A stretch of 64,000 nucleotides of DNA. It comes from Fimbriosthenelais zetlandica. Taxonomy: Eukaryota. The notes beneath the pieces were generated by a model. The model was not told where the DNA came from and did not search any database. It worked only from the letters and a program-made list of their open reading frames with translations. Positions 41,249 to 56,339 of the stretch are shown here, one piece after another. The translations under genes were made by a program, and so were the position numbers. Where the stretch lies: assembly GCA_977030845.1 (NCBI GenBank), contig OZ365109.1, positions 60,016,001 through 60,080,000 of the forward strand, read 5' to 3'. The first letter of the stretch is position 1; every line of letters begins with the position of its first letter.

Positions 41249-44200
41249 TGTTCTAGAACAAAAGGAATCGCTACAGCAGATTTTTCATTTACAAACTACT
41301 GCAGGAAGGCATTGAATTATTAATTAATTTCAGACATAACCTGTAATTGGTCATTTCAAAAGCCGACTTATTTAAAGGCATCTTTTCAGCCTTGTAAAGG
41401 AGAAATAATGGCTTGTATTCTAGCGGGTCTAGCAAATGCACTTATGATGTTTGCCTATAAAGGTAGGTGCGAGCAGATAAGTTGGGTTAGCTGTATCAGT
41501 ATGTGGATAAATGACCCGGCTTCTACATCATTGATATCTTATTGAATGAAGCGGAGCCCATGGGGAAGGATATTGCATTGATGAAAAGCAATACTTGCCA
41601 TCAATATAGCTTCTTAAAGAATAGATGCTGGTCGGTATCTGCTGCACGCTATAGGCCGCATCAGGTTTACTAGGCATCGCATGGCAGTCGTCCAACTACT
41701 TCCATCATCCACATCCTTCTGTAGTGGATTACATTGGCAACCCTTCCTATCTCTGGGCCAGGGGAGCTCCTGGACCTTTCTCTACCCCTCAGCCAGTGGG
41801 GAACAGTAGTAAATGAACACCAATGCACTCATATGTAAGATATAGTGCATTAACATAAGCCCTTCCCCTTGCATTAGTAGGAGGAAGATCTCGTTACTCC
41901 TTTTCCGAACCAGATTATGTTTTTCTGTGTGAATATGTGCAGTGCTTGTTACTGGGCCCAAATTAGCGTATAACACGGCACGTACGAACACTTTCCATCC
42001 TCTTTTGAGTGGATCCAAGACATAATAAAAATACCTTCCTAGTCCTCAGCCCTAAGATGATTACGGTGTATTGTGTTTCATGTGATATTTCCTCATCTAG
42101 GGCACCGAGTATTCTAATTGATATATATGCATATATACAGACTAAATGAAAGATATGGAACATTCTAGTAGTGCAACCCAGATATTCCCAGAGAGGCATT
42201 GATAAAAAAGAATCTAGATAAAATAAATGCCATTTTTCATGGACAAAGAGAAAATTGGAGATGGATTATCTTGATGAATATTGTGAAGGATAATACTATT
42301 ACACACATATCTTTCCTCAAAGTAGGGTAAAAAGAGCACGACAACTGCAATGTAATTACCCCAGTTTCTCGGCCGCTGTGTTTAAACAATTCATTTCCTA
42401 TATATTCGTTGCAAAATAGAACATGCAATATATATGATGAAATAGGAGAAAGTCAACTCCCCTAAAATATAGTGGATTAACATTGCATTAAGCATGCATT
42501 AAGCATGCTTTAAACATTTACTGAGTTTCTTTGTCTAATGAATCTGCTGCTTGGGTCACCCCAATATGAGAGAGGAATAGGAGGTAGAAAAGGCAAGGGT
42601 GGAATTACCTGCAGTGTCAGGATTTAGGAGCAGCTGCAGGCTAACAACACAGTCAGTCCTCCACATTTCTCCATTTGAAAATCTATGAAATCAATTACAA
42701 GAACAGGGCCCTGTGCTCAAGTGCCTCGGCCTGGAGCAGCAGGCATTTCCCTCTGACATCAACCCCCATGGAACAGCATCATTTCTAGAGAAGTGAATGA
42801 ATTATTAGCTTTCTAATACGAGTTATTACTGAGCAGAAGGGACAAAGCCCTCAGGATGTGCAGAAACTCATATCTTGGAGGAAAGGCATCAGGCATTTAA
42901 TCTTACCTATACCCAACACAGAGCAAAGGTTGTTTCGAAGGACGAGGAAGGCATATTGTACAGGTTTTCTTCAATGAGAAGCTTACAGTGCATCCCAGAA
43001 AAATTAAAAAGCCAATTGACTACAGCAGCATTTTCTTTACATAGACTGAGGCCAAAACGATTTGATCCATTCATTGGATGACAAAGCATCCTACATTAAC
43101 AATGCCTAAGAAAAGTCAAGTCCTTTTGCCAGGAAACTGCCAGCTACACGAAAACCACTGTGTAGATAAATAACAGGACGTTTTCCCCAGCAAAGAGATC
43201 TACATCACACAGTTCTGCCCTCTTATCTTTGAATAGAGAAAACAGAAAGGGAAGAGATGTCTTCCCTTCAGACTTTTACCGTCATAAAAATATCCTATTC
43301 ACCTGGGTGCACTTGGCCATAACTGTAGTCAGCCTCAGACTGTTGAAGCAGTTGGGGAAATGATTGCCCACACCACTTCCCTAGTCATAGTCAGTCTTCT
43401 ACTTATATTTGCCATCTTCTTGCCGCCAGTCCAAAAGGACAGCTTTCAACAACCAAATGGCAGATGCTTTCGCTTTCTCTCTCCCTCTCTCACTCTTGCA
43501 GCCACTGCACCAAAGCATTGCTGTTTGTCGGCTGGGTAAACTCGGTGGCACCAGTCACAGACAGCAATCTAATGTCAACTTCTTGGCGAAGTAAGTCATC
43601 TAGTTTTAAATGGAACATGGCCAGTCGGCCTGTCTGTCTCCTATATAGTCCCTGTAGCCGACCAGACTGTATTACTTGTTGGCAAATAAGGAGTTGGACA
43701 TAGAGAAAGAGGGAAGTGTGTGCATAATAATTCAGGCATGGACTGAGAACAAATACCCCTTTATCCCCCTTGCTTATTCCTTTCTCATCGATCAATTTTG
43801 ATTTCTATCTTCACATCCAAACGCCTTACCTCTGTTTCATTTGATTCTGTTCCGTTAACAGGATTCATACATGTACTATACATGCAATATTGGGATTTTG
43901 TATACGGTATACAGATAGAGATATGTAATACCAGCCTCTTAGAATTGCTTTACTATAATTTGTAGGACCTTCAAACAGAGAAGGGTCATTTCAGTGGCAA
44001 GTCCATTATTCCCTGAATTATTCTATGAATTCCACTGGTGGCAATTCAATCGCCCACCAATCACTCAACAGCTGTTTAGATAATGGCAATCGTGGATATC
44101 TACGATAATTCCAGCCTTCCTGATCTAATCCGATCCAGACATGACCCCGGGAGCCCCTGGGGTCATTCCCACTGGACCCTGCCACAGTGACCATTAATTA

Positions 44201-47200
44201 TGATCACACCCAGTGCCACGCCGGCTTCAGAAGCCAATCAAAACTAGCCAATGGACGGAGGCCATCTTAAACCGGCCAGTCACCATCAGCCTATCAGAAC
44301 CTATCTTTCCTGCACCCCCGACACATGCAACTCTCTTTCACTAGGTTAATTCATGGAGCAGGTCAAACCGCGGGTCACCTAGGAAACATGATTTAGAGGT
44401 CACCGGGCTGACCTTGTGAGTGTGTCGTATCTTCTGGCCTGGCATCAGGGTGATCCACCCACATTGACACTCATTTCTCCCCGGAAATATAAATGCCATT
44501 AAGACGCCCCCACACCATCTGCCCTTCTGCTATAGATTAACTCATTTTCTAATATTCATGTCCACACATGTTAATGGCTTCGTTATGAGGTGGGCTTTAT
44601 TTACAGACGTCTATTGTAGACCTTGCATGGAGACATCATGACTACTGTGCCAAACCACATCCTCCGTCCGCCTCTATTTTTTCACGGGCTTGCGGACAAG
44701 ATAGCGGGACAAGCATTGGGCTCGTAATCACCAAGAGTAAAATGGCCATGCGCTTTCTCCACCCGTAATCTCATTTGTCAATACTAATGGATTAACAGCT
44801 AAAACAGCGGCTCATCGTTCATCAATAGGTCTTTTCTGCTTATTGGGTGCGATTACAAGTGACTGGCCAAGCCTTCAGTTCCATCTCAGCCCATGCAAAG
44901 ACTGCGCTGTTCGCTCCCATATGGAACCGTTGGGCCCAACCCCACTTCATCAGTCCTATGTAATCTTCTTAGATCCCGCCATATTCCAAATCATATTGTG
45001 ACTTGTACCACCTAGCTTTATCCCTGACTTTGACACATGGCCTTCCATACTTTGAACATGGTGAATGTCATCTTGATTACACTGGGTAACATGATGCATG
45101 GGAATGGCCACATCTTCTCCCCTCCTGACAAATTAGCTGGGCCACCCACTTGGAGGTGATTAGCATTTAAATCGGTTATTAGAGATATGAGGGTGGTGAA
45201 TTTGAGATGGATTGCCTCCAGAATCAGCTGTTATTTTCTCATGAAGCAGGGGGAAAAACAAACCGTATATGGCTCCAACCCCTTAAGCAATATTCACACG
45301 AGAAATCCACTGTTGCATAAAACACGGGTTCCTGAGGGCTTTCACTTTATATTGGTTTCCTTTAGTATAAATACCTTAAAGAAATGTCTTAATCATAATG
45401 ACAATATATAGTTTTTTTGTGCCGATGTGTGCAATTACATTTTTGGCCATTGACACTCTTGTATTTAGATAGAGCATGGGTTTATTTATTAGGTATGGGA
45501 GTCAGGAGCTGATGTGACCACTATTTGTCATTTAACTAGCATCAAGTCTCAGTGGTCTTGGTCCACCCACTTCCTTACATTACTGACGTCCTGTGAATCT
45601 ACTAATGTGCCTCGAGTGTCGTCCCTACGCCACTATAAATTGATTGACTACTTGAAGCATTTGCCTCAAGTTTTTTTCCTTTTTGCTCGCCTATAGGACT
45701 GGCGCTTTAAATGTTCTTAAAAAAGAATAGCTCGCGAGCAGTTTAGAAAAGCCATTTGCATGTAGTTATTTGCTATATCGTTGGGAGTGCTGAATGGTGC
45801 AGAAAACAATGCACCCATTACATTACACTGAAGGTAAATACCCCAGGCCTTGGCCTTAAATATAATATTTTTCCCTATTAAAATTTCATATGAGGCAAGT
45901 TAATGGCTTAGTTTACATTTTATGTTGAGATTAATTTAAAACAACAGGGCTGATATTGGTTGCTGATGTTGCTAAATTAGAGTTTTGCTACGCCACGTCA
46001 AGTACATATAAGCTAGAGCTGGGTGATATGTGGGGTAAATGGGGGAGGATGGGAGGCACAGTGCCATCATGGCAACTTCTGCTTGATATAACAGGATAGA
46101 GAGAATCGAGGAGAAGCTAATCTAGGGGTAACGAGCAGTTTGCATACCACTGACAAACGGTGCATTCAAACAGTAATAAATGATAATGTACTCGCCGCAG
46201 GAACAATATGGGCTACAATTGCGTTTTTTATCCCATCCACGTCCGGTTGTATTATGGTTGCCATGCTCTAATGGAACCAACTATAATATATATAAGTAAT
46301 GATGTTATCGGCAGAAACCCGGATATCTTCATTGAATTATATCCATGGGTTACATAGATTACATATTGGTCGGATGTGATTGTGTCGCATTTATAATTCC
46401 ATAAACACTTTGTGAAATATTGTTATCTCTGAATTATTTCCATTTAAACCTCTTTTCCTTAAAAAAATCGCAACGTTTTGTAATGAAATCCCCAAAACAT
46501 ATTTTTTTTAGAATCCACACAGTATGTTAATTTCAAATTTTGAAACAAAACTGGTAAATATATATTGTTTCTAATAGTAAATACGAGCAGCCAATGAAAT
46601 TAGGGTAAAGTTATATTGAAAGATGGTTGCGTAGAGATTATCCCTAAAATGGCAAAGGATTTTGAGGGATATAGTTTTCTGGTGAGATTTTATTAGAATA
46701 GGATTTGCATTGCACCGTGTTGGCGCGGTACTTTGTGGTAGGTATGCAGCCAGTCGTTAAATTAAGAAGATTCTTTTTCAAGCTGTATTCAGCCGTGAGT
46801 TAAATGCTTTATCGATTCTGTAGGAAGTAGGAATCAAAATGAGAAACGACTGTATTGAGTAGTCAGACGTCAATTCTACTGCCAAAGAAAGCCTGGTGGA
46901 TCTTTTTAAAACCATTATGGGCTAGTGGCAAGGGGATGGATCTATTAAATTGGAAAGCACTCAGGATTTGGAAGTCGAGAATATTATGTACTCAATTGAA
47001 TGCTAAAAGTTTCTACACTGAATTTTAATATCGAATCGGACTGTTCTGTAAACGTATTCAAGTAATCTTCTATGATGTAAATAAGATAAATGCAGAAACG
47101 GTGGCGCGATAATGAATCTCAGACGTTTCTTTGGCTAACAGTTTAGCACGCATCTGGCATGGCAAAATAAAATGGCCCACTTCTGTGGGCAATATTTTGA

Positions 47201-50200
47201 TTTCGCAGCCCACCTGAGCCAAGAATAAATTGCACTGAATTGAAAAACACCAATAGCTTCAGCATGAAAAGTTTAAATTGTCTGCGTATTGGTATTTGAC
47301 ACAGGCATCGCATTATGCTGTCGCTTCATGTTATCCGCTTGGGAGACGACACGGGGCCAGAGCGGTTATGTGCTGGCCAGCCCCTTTGATCACTATCAGA
47401 CATGTTATAGGGAAAGCCTATACTAACAACTTACATGCTAATGGAATAAACACATACTTTATTGCCAACAACAATGTTGTGCCTTAATCTAATATCTAAC
47501 CCGGTTTCTCTTTTCCCACGGATTACTGCAATAATGTGGTTTTGAAGTGAGCTCACTGATTCGGGTGCTGGATTTGTCAGTAAATCAAGGATAGCTTGTT
47601 TTATGGAAATGAAATAAATTAGGTTAGTTACGCTGATATCTCTCAGAATTCTGAGTAGTTGGAAATCGGTCGCCAAGTCTTGTAATCCGAACTTCAAGCA
47701 ATGAATCCTCATAATTTCTCCTTTTTTAAGAATATTCAAATTGCAGCACATTTGCATGCAATTAGGAGAGAGTAAAAACAATATTACATTATTTTTAATA
47801 CCAGAATCCTGCATCTCAGCTTAGGAAAAGATAATATTGTAAAGGCTTATTATCTCTTTTCTTTGAAAGGCTTGGATTGAGTTATTTCTTTAAGCAGATC
47901 AAAGTGACATGATCTGGAACATGGTCACACATAATCATTTTTCCAATTTTGCTCTTGCTGTATGAGATTGCATCAGTGCGTTCCCTCGATGGTAATAAGG
48001 GTTTCACCATGCATCACTTGAATTGTACCGGGGTTCGCAATTAAGCCGATTGAAACCACGATAGCATCGCAAGCCTGGCTTCATAATCATAACCACGTTA
48101 TAATGATAACATGAATATTGCATGAATTGCTATCAGTCCCTCAGCCACTTATTCTCATCCTTGCTCATAGCTATATAGCCTATTCTCCTTCCTTGATCCA
48201 AAGCGGGCCCCGCTTTATTGCTTGGTACCCATAAAAGCCAAGGCGCTGTAGGATCTCAAGGGCAATGGTCATCTAGAAGCAGAGCAGCCAAGCAAAGAGT
48301 GATGACCAACACTGGAGTGACCTGCTAACATTGTCAGCTTCCCTAGAGAACAACGAGCAACCATTCTGAGAGCTCATTGACCACACGAGGCGCGCCTTGT
48401 GAAAGGCGGGCGATCGCACCATTTACATGCTCCGACTCAATGGGGATGGTCAATGGAAGGATGTTCTGTATACAAAACTACCCTGCCTACTTTCACCCTG
48501 CATATTGAGCTTGCAAACATTGTCAATCCTCCCTCATACAAGCCTATTGTAACTATTACCCGCCTACCCCCATCTTCCCTTATACGTCCCCCACCTCTCT
48601 CACCAACGCCCCTCACAAAAACGCAAATGCTTATGTTAGCAGATTCACTTTGCTTGGTCTTGTGGAAAACAAGCAAGAGATGCACTCTCCTGCCCCAGCC
48701 TGAAACCCAGTGGAGCCATGCAGTAGCCTGGCAAGCGTTCCCCAAGCGTTCAACTCGAGGTTCTGAAATGGTAATTTAGGGCATTTAGCAAGGGATAACA
48801 CTGTAGCCCTGACCTGCCAGTCGTCCTGGCTTTGCTGGATAGAATTATAATGATGCGAGATGAAAGCTGTGAGGGTGGGATAAGGGGATGACCTAGATTC
48901 TTATCAATCAAGAAATGGCAGGTTTTAACAGCACAAAACTCATCAAGGCAATTGTATTGCCACCATTGGAATGAACTGAATAATCCCTGCAATAACAAGT
49001 ACTATAATGCATCGATTGCCTTGCCTATACATTCAATATGACGAATGGCATAGTGGTCTCTACACATCAGTTAGGCCGGATCAATACAATTCAGTTTATA
49101 TAAGTGCAAAAACTTCCCTCACCGATGGCTTCCCTAGATGTGGCTTCTATCTACACAGAAGGTCATATCGTTTGGCCTTAATCGCAGCCACTCAAGGCCT
49201 TTCCTACCAAATGTAGAGGCCTCCTCCAAGGCTGCTTTATACAGTGAGTCCCATTCATCGATCACACAGCTCAAAGCAGTGCCTATTTTACCTCCTGTCA
49301 ATCAGAGATCAATGCGATTAAACAGCGTGCAAATCTTGTCCACACTCGTGTGAAGCACATATGTCTGCTTATTTGATACTTAAATGGTTTGGGCTATTTG
49401 GTGATGGAGAGGTTGGCTTGGTGGTGGTGCTTGTAGGGGGGATGGGCTGAGGAGAAAGTGGCCACATTATCGACCCCTCAGCCCACAAATCATTGGGCCG
49501 GGTGCGGAAGACAGGTAGCTAGGCGGGCCAAGCGTTAATGAAAGCCGGTCAAATCAGAAAATGCCACCTGCTACCGCTTGCCTCGTCCCCGGAAGGTCAG
49601 CAGGGGAGGTGGGCAGCTCAAGGTCTGGTCTCTTACATGGGGGAGGTTTTGTGTTGGGCCGTGTGATAAGGTGCCCGGCTGTATCACTTAGGTCTCAGGA
49701 AGAAGGCAACGGAAGGCCACTCCCCCACCTAGAGCTGGCTTTTTCTAGCTTGATTTATTCCTAGGAGCATCATCGTTCTTCACATAGAAACATGTGGTTT
49801 CTGTTTATAGCCAAAGGTTTCCCTTATACAGTGGCTTAATTGGACGAGGTCATTTGTGGGATACAATGTTTTCGAATACCAGTATTAAACAGTGTTTAGT
49901 TGCATGCACACTCTGATAAGCAAACTCGTAAAAATATGATGGATGGACGGTAATTTTCCTTCGAAAATCGTACTACATGTAATTGACGGTCGTACCACAT
50001 TTCAGCATAGATCTATCGTTATTACAGAATGCTCATAGACATTCGTATTTTGCATGAAAATAATTTTCAATGATAAATACAATTTAAGTGAGTTATTGCA
50101 GGATCGATGGAGGTATATACAGTCAGGTTTTCCATTGACAAACAACAGCTTGGATTAATAACTCAAACTATATGTGGGTCAGTCTGGATCCAAAGAACAT

Positions 50201-53190
50201 TGAGTACATTCATCAAGTTGGTCATAATACAGCCGCCTACTGGCCATTCACATGTTTTAGTGTAGCTGGGATGTGGCCCTGCTCCATGTCCCCTTCTTAC
50301 ATTCCCCAACCCACCGTTTAACCATTGTTGCTAAAAGGCGGGCGCCTGAAATAGGGAGAGGGGGTATAATTATGAGGCTGACATGTCTGATCCAGCGGCT
50401 GCTACTGGATGCTTTTATAAGGATATTGATTAGGCTGGTATTTGTTACTATTAGGCTATTCATCAGGCTCTCTCAGGCTCGCCTACTTTTCACATCCTTT
50501 CACAGTTAGAGCCATAATGAGATGTGAGAACGCCATGCTTCATAAGGGTTCTTCATTACCCGGCTACTGACCTGACTACAGTGATGGGAGATTTATAGAG
50601 GGAGAACGCGAGTAGCTCACTTAAGCCTATAGCCAGCACGGCTTCATCTTGGGTCTTACACAGGACTAATCCTGCAACACTCCCACCAACTCCATCCCAT
50701 TTAGCATGCGTATACCCATCCAGTTAGCCCTAACTAGGGCATGAATAAATTGTCTTCCTTATGCCTTATTTATGTATCGATGATTTTCTTATGCAACTAT
50801 GGAATGGGTATTTTATCAACCGGAATTGAACTGGTATTAACCTTCCCTTTTTCTCAAGGGAAAAATGTAAAGGTTTTTGATTGATTGGGGGTGGATGGTA
50901 CATCCATCAGTTTTGTCATATTCGCATTACCCTTACCAATGATGCATGGCAGAATTGCGATTTGATAACCTCAATACATAGCTATTATAGAAAGGTCTTT
51001 CATCCCACTATATGATAGGTTTCAATCCTGAATGACAGAATTGGTGAGAGTAGATTTGAGTACTTATAGTCATAGATTCGGAACTGTCTTGTATCTAGAT
51101 TGATCTTGATGTGGGAAAGTGGACATTCCTAGATCCCTTGCTACAGGCGTACTAAACCAATAATCCCCTTCCTGTGGGACACTGGGGGGCCTGCTGCAAA
51201 TAGGATGCTGTGCCTGTATAAAGGATTATTTGGATCCAATACTTCCAAGTTGAGATGTGACACAGTTCCCCCTTTGCCCAGGTCCACCCCGTCTCTCTCA
51301 TGTGACATAGAATCATATAGAAAGCCCCAATGCCTGGAGATATGAGGGAAATATGGGAGGCTATATAGGCAGTTTAGAGCAGCATTTACATAATCCATCT
51401 CTATCCCATTCCACTCTAGTTAATCCCCTCAGCTGCTGTGATTATTTGTCTCTGTACCATGTGTGCCTATACTAATCTCCATTTTGCATGCTAGGGTGTG
51501 TTTTTCATGGAGAGAAAGCAAAACAGCAGCGTGTCTCTGCATTGTCTAACACTGAGTAGAGCAGAGGTGGGGAGAATGAGTGTGAGAGAGAATTCATGAG
51601 AGAGGGAGAGACGGTGTTAGATAGAAGGTGATGTGGTTGGCTGGTATTCTTCAAACCCTAATAGTCTGCTCCTTCGTGACACCTAAGCCCACCTTGTGTC
51701 GTTTTATCCTATTACATTAAAACGGTTACATTTGCATGCCAGTTCCTAGAACGCAGGGGCTTCTGGCAGAGGAAATTAAGTTTCTCTTTTTGCCACTTTT
51801 TAATCCATGGAAATGAGAGGAGATCCAGTTTCGTGATCAGAAGCATGTCTCTGAAGACATGCTTTTCAAAAGAAGAAGTCAAAGGGAAAGCAAATATTGC
51901 GCTGCTTTGTTGGATGCCCTGTAACAAACCACTGATTGCATTATCAAACATGATTATACGAATGCCAGACAGGGCAGCGCTGCTGTGATGTTGAAGACAA
52001 ACATCATGATTTGGAAAAGCAAAAAAGATTCTCTGAAGGAAATGTGGCAAAGGTGGAATCCCAGTACTTCAGCTTTTATCGATGGGTTTGGAGCACCTTG
52101 TCCCCTTCTCTGAGCATCCCTGATTTCACATCTGTGGCTGGAGTTATAGAAAATCAATGAGCAGCCTGAGGATGCCTTGTCATATGCCACAAGTCATCGC
52201 TCATCAGGAGTACTGATCAATCAAGCATAATTTCAGCCACTTCATCAGAGGGATGAGCCCTCAGCAGCCTGAGGCCAATCGGTTTTAAAAGACGTCACAG
52301 TGTTGCTTTCCATCCAGGCTTTCTTCTCCACGCCTCGGCTTTTGCAAAGCGGAGAGCAAAATTGACTTAAAAAGAGTCAATGGGGGCTGACTTTCCACTT
52401 TTCCTGTGTTTTTATACAAGCCAGAAACATTGTCACAAACAATTAAAATATCACAATGCATGTAAGAACTATGCAATTGAACAGATTTGTAACACTCTTC
52501 CGCTTTCACCAAATGTGCCCATCATCTGTTAATTTCTAAAAGGATTTTTAAATTTCATTGTCATGACTCACAAAGAATTTCTAAATTTGATACTCCCAGA
52601 CAGAGCCAAATTGAGTTATTCACAAATTTCACAATTCATAATATTGGAATAATGAGATCAACCGCTAGTCACAACCTATTCTCATTGCAAAGCCGTACTG
52701 GTATTGTTAGCTATCATAAAGAGCAAAGCCATTTATGTGACTCAGAGCAATTGTTTTTCATTCTCAAGTCTTATTCCTTCCCACCTTCCAGACCTACTTC
52801 GAACAAATTCACCGCTCCCCTACTCTCCTGCTGTTAGCAAATGTCGATGTAATTAGTCAACGGTTTTTTCCTGCTCTTTGGTGGTCTCCACTAAATGTGC
52901 TGGCGATAATTTGGCAATTTGACACTTAAGTACAATAAGTTAATGGGTAATTATCGACAGAATGCTATCAGAAGTCTTGAGCCACAAATTGTAGGTCACT
53001 CTCTGTGAATTCGTATGGCTGTAATGATACTTGTTGTAATGGCGGTAACAGGAGATTTTTTAAAAAGATTAATCCTTCTGAGTACTGTAACGAGTGCTCC
53101 AGACGTGGTGGTGAATTGCTCATTCGAGCTGGGCATAAATAGGACATGTGTCATTCTATTCAAATGTAGACATGACTGAGTTAGATTTGA

Positions 53191-53376
53191 TCCTTCTATT
53201 TGATAAATTCAGATTTTGAATATTATGAATTGGAATCAAATGGCCACAGACTGTTCAATAATGATTTTCCTTCGGTTCCTGCCAACAATTATGTAGCACG
53301 AGTAGTATATAAAAATTGGGATTTGGAACCTGGCTCTGTTGACTGCAGCTGTGGATAGTTTTCCAAATGTGTACAT
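53191..53376 (+). mobile_element. SWIM-type zinc-finger relic (possible MULE or other DNA-transposon remnant)
   Basis: Frame open 53191-53355, then one stop: ...NNYVARVVYKNWDLEPGSVDCSCG*FSKCVH, matching CxC-x5-CxH with a preceding YxV-like strand. Confidence 0.28.
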
Positions 53377-54203
53377 GAAATAAAATATTGGATATTGAAT
53401 GTATTGATGCAATGAAAGTGCTATAAATCAGTTCTTCTGTCATAGAAAGGCACCATTCTTTCCACAGAAGTTGTCGATGCAATCCCCTGAAAGAATCAGA
53501 TGGCAGATGGCACTCTAAACAAAACGATGCCAAATAATTAAATAACTCACAGAACGGCGCGTGGTTTTGCAAAAGGGCACCTCGCAAACATTATTGACCT
53601 GTGAAATATCCTAATCAATGATTAACTCTGGGCAAATATATGACATCATAGGCTATTGTGACAAGTGGCAAACGATTGATTGTTCCTCTGTCATTGCAAT
53701 TCAAATATTAGATCGCTATGCCCGTCTACTGCCTGGTTCCCTTTGACTGAACTCTTGAATTGCTAATGTAAGAATAACATTTCCCTTCAGCTTGGCAACT
53801 TCAAGGGAGGCTCCACCCGATGAAAAATGAACAGAGTAGGTGGAAGCAAGCCAAAAGCTTTACGTGATTCACTTCAAGTTCCCAGATCAACCAGACTATA
53901 ATTCGATGCCAATTAAATGCTCTGACATTGGATATATGGCAGGAATTCTGCCATTGTGAATATAATATCCTTTAATGTGGCACTCCCGCCCGTCTACTAA
54001 AACAAAGTAAGTCTGATAGTGGGAGAGAGGGAGAGGGAGTCGGAATGGAGTGAAAGAGGCCTGCAAACAGTGATAACATCCATGGCAGAAATATATGAGC
54101 CGGATAGTACAACCGAGGCAAACATTGTGAGCCCTATTTGAATAGAGCTTGGGGAATTCATTTTACCATGGCATCATACACTACCCAACTCTATACATAT
54201 TCT

Positions 54204-54495
54204 ACTTGGGAGTATGCTAGACACGAAGATGCTAATTCGAAGCAACAGTCAAGCAGTCTTGGATGTAGGAGTTTTTTGCGCTTTGTAGTTCTCAGGGACC
54301 GTCCAACCAACAGGGGAATGGAGAGAAGAGGAGGAAGGGTGGATGGCAGAGTGCTAGTGTTTGGAGAGCATATAGTTTGGGCCAGAAGTGGGTTGCATGA
54401 AGGGGGCCTAGAAGATCAATAAAGTGTTGGGAGACAGGCCCCCAGGTTCCCAGTGGTATCCCTTTGATGTCTACTAGCCCTTCCCAACAGACCAG
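54204..54495 (+). mobile_element. Decayed APE-type endonuclease fragment of a CR1/L2-like LINE
   Basis: In order: STWEYARHED (ETWxxxxHD-like), FVVLRDRPTNRGMERRGGRVDGRVLVF (LFRRDR...RGGGVxLYV-like), then frameshifted VY*PFPTDQ at 54469 (VYRPP-like). Confidence 0.4.
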
Positions 54496-56056
54496 CATGA
54501 ACAATGTTCATTATTCATGCACGAAAGCTGGGCAAGTACAGATACCAAATGTATGTACAATGGTGCCTTCCTTGCTGTATACAAACGCCTTTATACAACA
54601 TTGTCTGTGGATGCCTATAGTGGGACGGCACATCAGTGTATGGACTGTGGTGCATTGCTGGACTGACAAGACACAAGTTCTAGGAACACATGCAGCAGTT
54701 CCCAGATGCTATGTTATAGGGTAGCCCTTATATAGCTTGTAGGACTTGCACAGATAGAGTTCTACCAAACGTTGAATGAATAAATTACTGTAAACTCCTA
54801 GATAAGGAACACAAAATCAGCCCCTATAGTAACTTTGAAGTACGTGTATTAGACTGGTATTATATTTCCCAGAATGATTATTTATGGGCCAATAATTCAG
54901 TATGGTCATTCTGAGATTGTTTTCAATTTTTTACCTCTGAAGTTTAAAACAGGCGTCCACAGACACTTTAATATATACCCCACCCCCGCGCCAGCCCTAT
55001 ACTGTATCATACCTACATAGTCATAATACCCTGACTTCCATCTTCTTGCATCAGACGATGATAATAATATTGATGCTTGTCAATCTCTTGACCATCCAGC
55101 AATGACTGGGGCTGACACACGTGAAGACGGAGAGTAAGGAGGAGGGGTAGTGAGAGAGGGGAGATGATCTTGATGAAATCTCTTGTCCATCCCAGCTTAT
55201 GACCTATTGACCAATGCTCTCTACTCCTGACTCCAATTCTGTAGGACGAGCCTGGAGACTCCACTATTGCCTCCATGGGGAGAGCCAAGGGGGAAATCCA
55301 TTGACCCCAACACATCAGATTCTAGTGTATGTGACAGGTGGTGCGCGCTTCACTTCTATTGGTAAAGACCACAACTTTAGGCTTGCACCTTGTAGACCGA
55401 GCACTCCCATGCCACCAGCCAACTTCCATTATCAGTCCATAAGGTATATAAGGAAGCGCTCCTTTTTCTCTGACTCCCCAAATGGGTCTCAGGCGATCCC
55501 ATCTCGCGCAGGCATTGCACTATATAGACCATGCAGTCTATAGGGCTACCAGTGCTTACACAACCCCCAGCCTTTAGACAGTGTTGTCCATTCCGCATCA
55601 GGACCCCACTTAATCAATAAAATTCCATCTCACAATCCTGGAAAACTATCTCTCCACCCTCAGCTGTCGCAGTTTTAAAGCCCCTGCATGGCGACACGCA
55701 AGGTTGCTATGGAAACCGTCACCCAGCTTGGCACCATCTGTAGCATCATTACGAGAGATGACAAGATTTTCCCATGGAATCTCCCTCTCCCTCTTATTGC
55801 CCATGTTACAAGCAAGCAAACCCGGCCCCTGCCTTTTTATCTCATTATGACGCCCCGGCGATCAACAGAAAAAATAAAATGTCTCGTGGCTTTTAAAAAA
55901 TTCAAAACTGCTCATTTCGATGTATGGGATCTGATTAAGGCAGCGCTCATTGGTTGGTGGGTGCCCCGCTAGAATTACACACATTAGGGGCCAATAGTGA
56001 AGGGGAGGCCTTCCCTACAGCTCTCCTTTCCCCCTTCGGTAACCATAGCAACCAAG

Positions 56057-56339
56057 ACAGCCAAGAAGATTGGGGAGGATGTAATAGATAAGTTTGGTGG
56101 TGTACATGATCGATGTTTTGTGCATGATCCAGAGGAGATAACATTACCAGGACCGTGGTCCCTGCCTTCTCCAGACTCTAATATGATGGATATTCCTATC
56201 ATGTGTAAGTTGTGGAATGCATGATACAATTTGTCAACAATATTCTTGCCCTTTTATAAGGAATAACCTGCTAAGGTCAATCCCCCATGCTTGGATCACC
56301 GAAGCACATCCAATCTCGTATTACGGCTATAATATGAGC
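56057..56339 (+). mobile_element. Possible decayed Gypsy integrase core fragment
   Basis: TAKKIGEDVIDKFG (TAxxLxxxVFxRFG-like), IMCKLW, then LLRSIPHAWITEAHPISYYGYNMS (LRxYxxxW..LPxxxFAYNxS-like). Catalytic SDxG is not seen. Confidence 0.28.
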
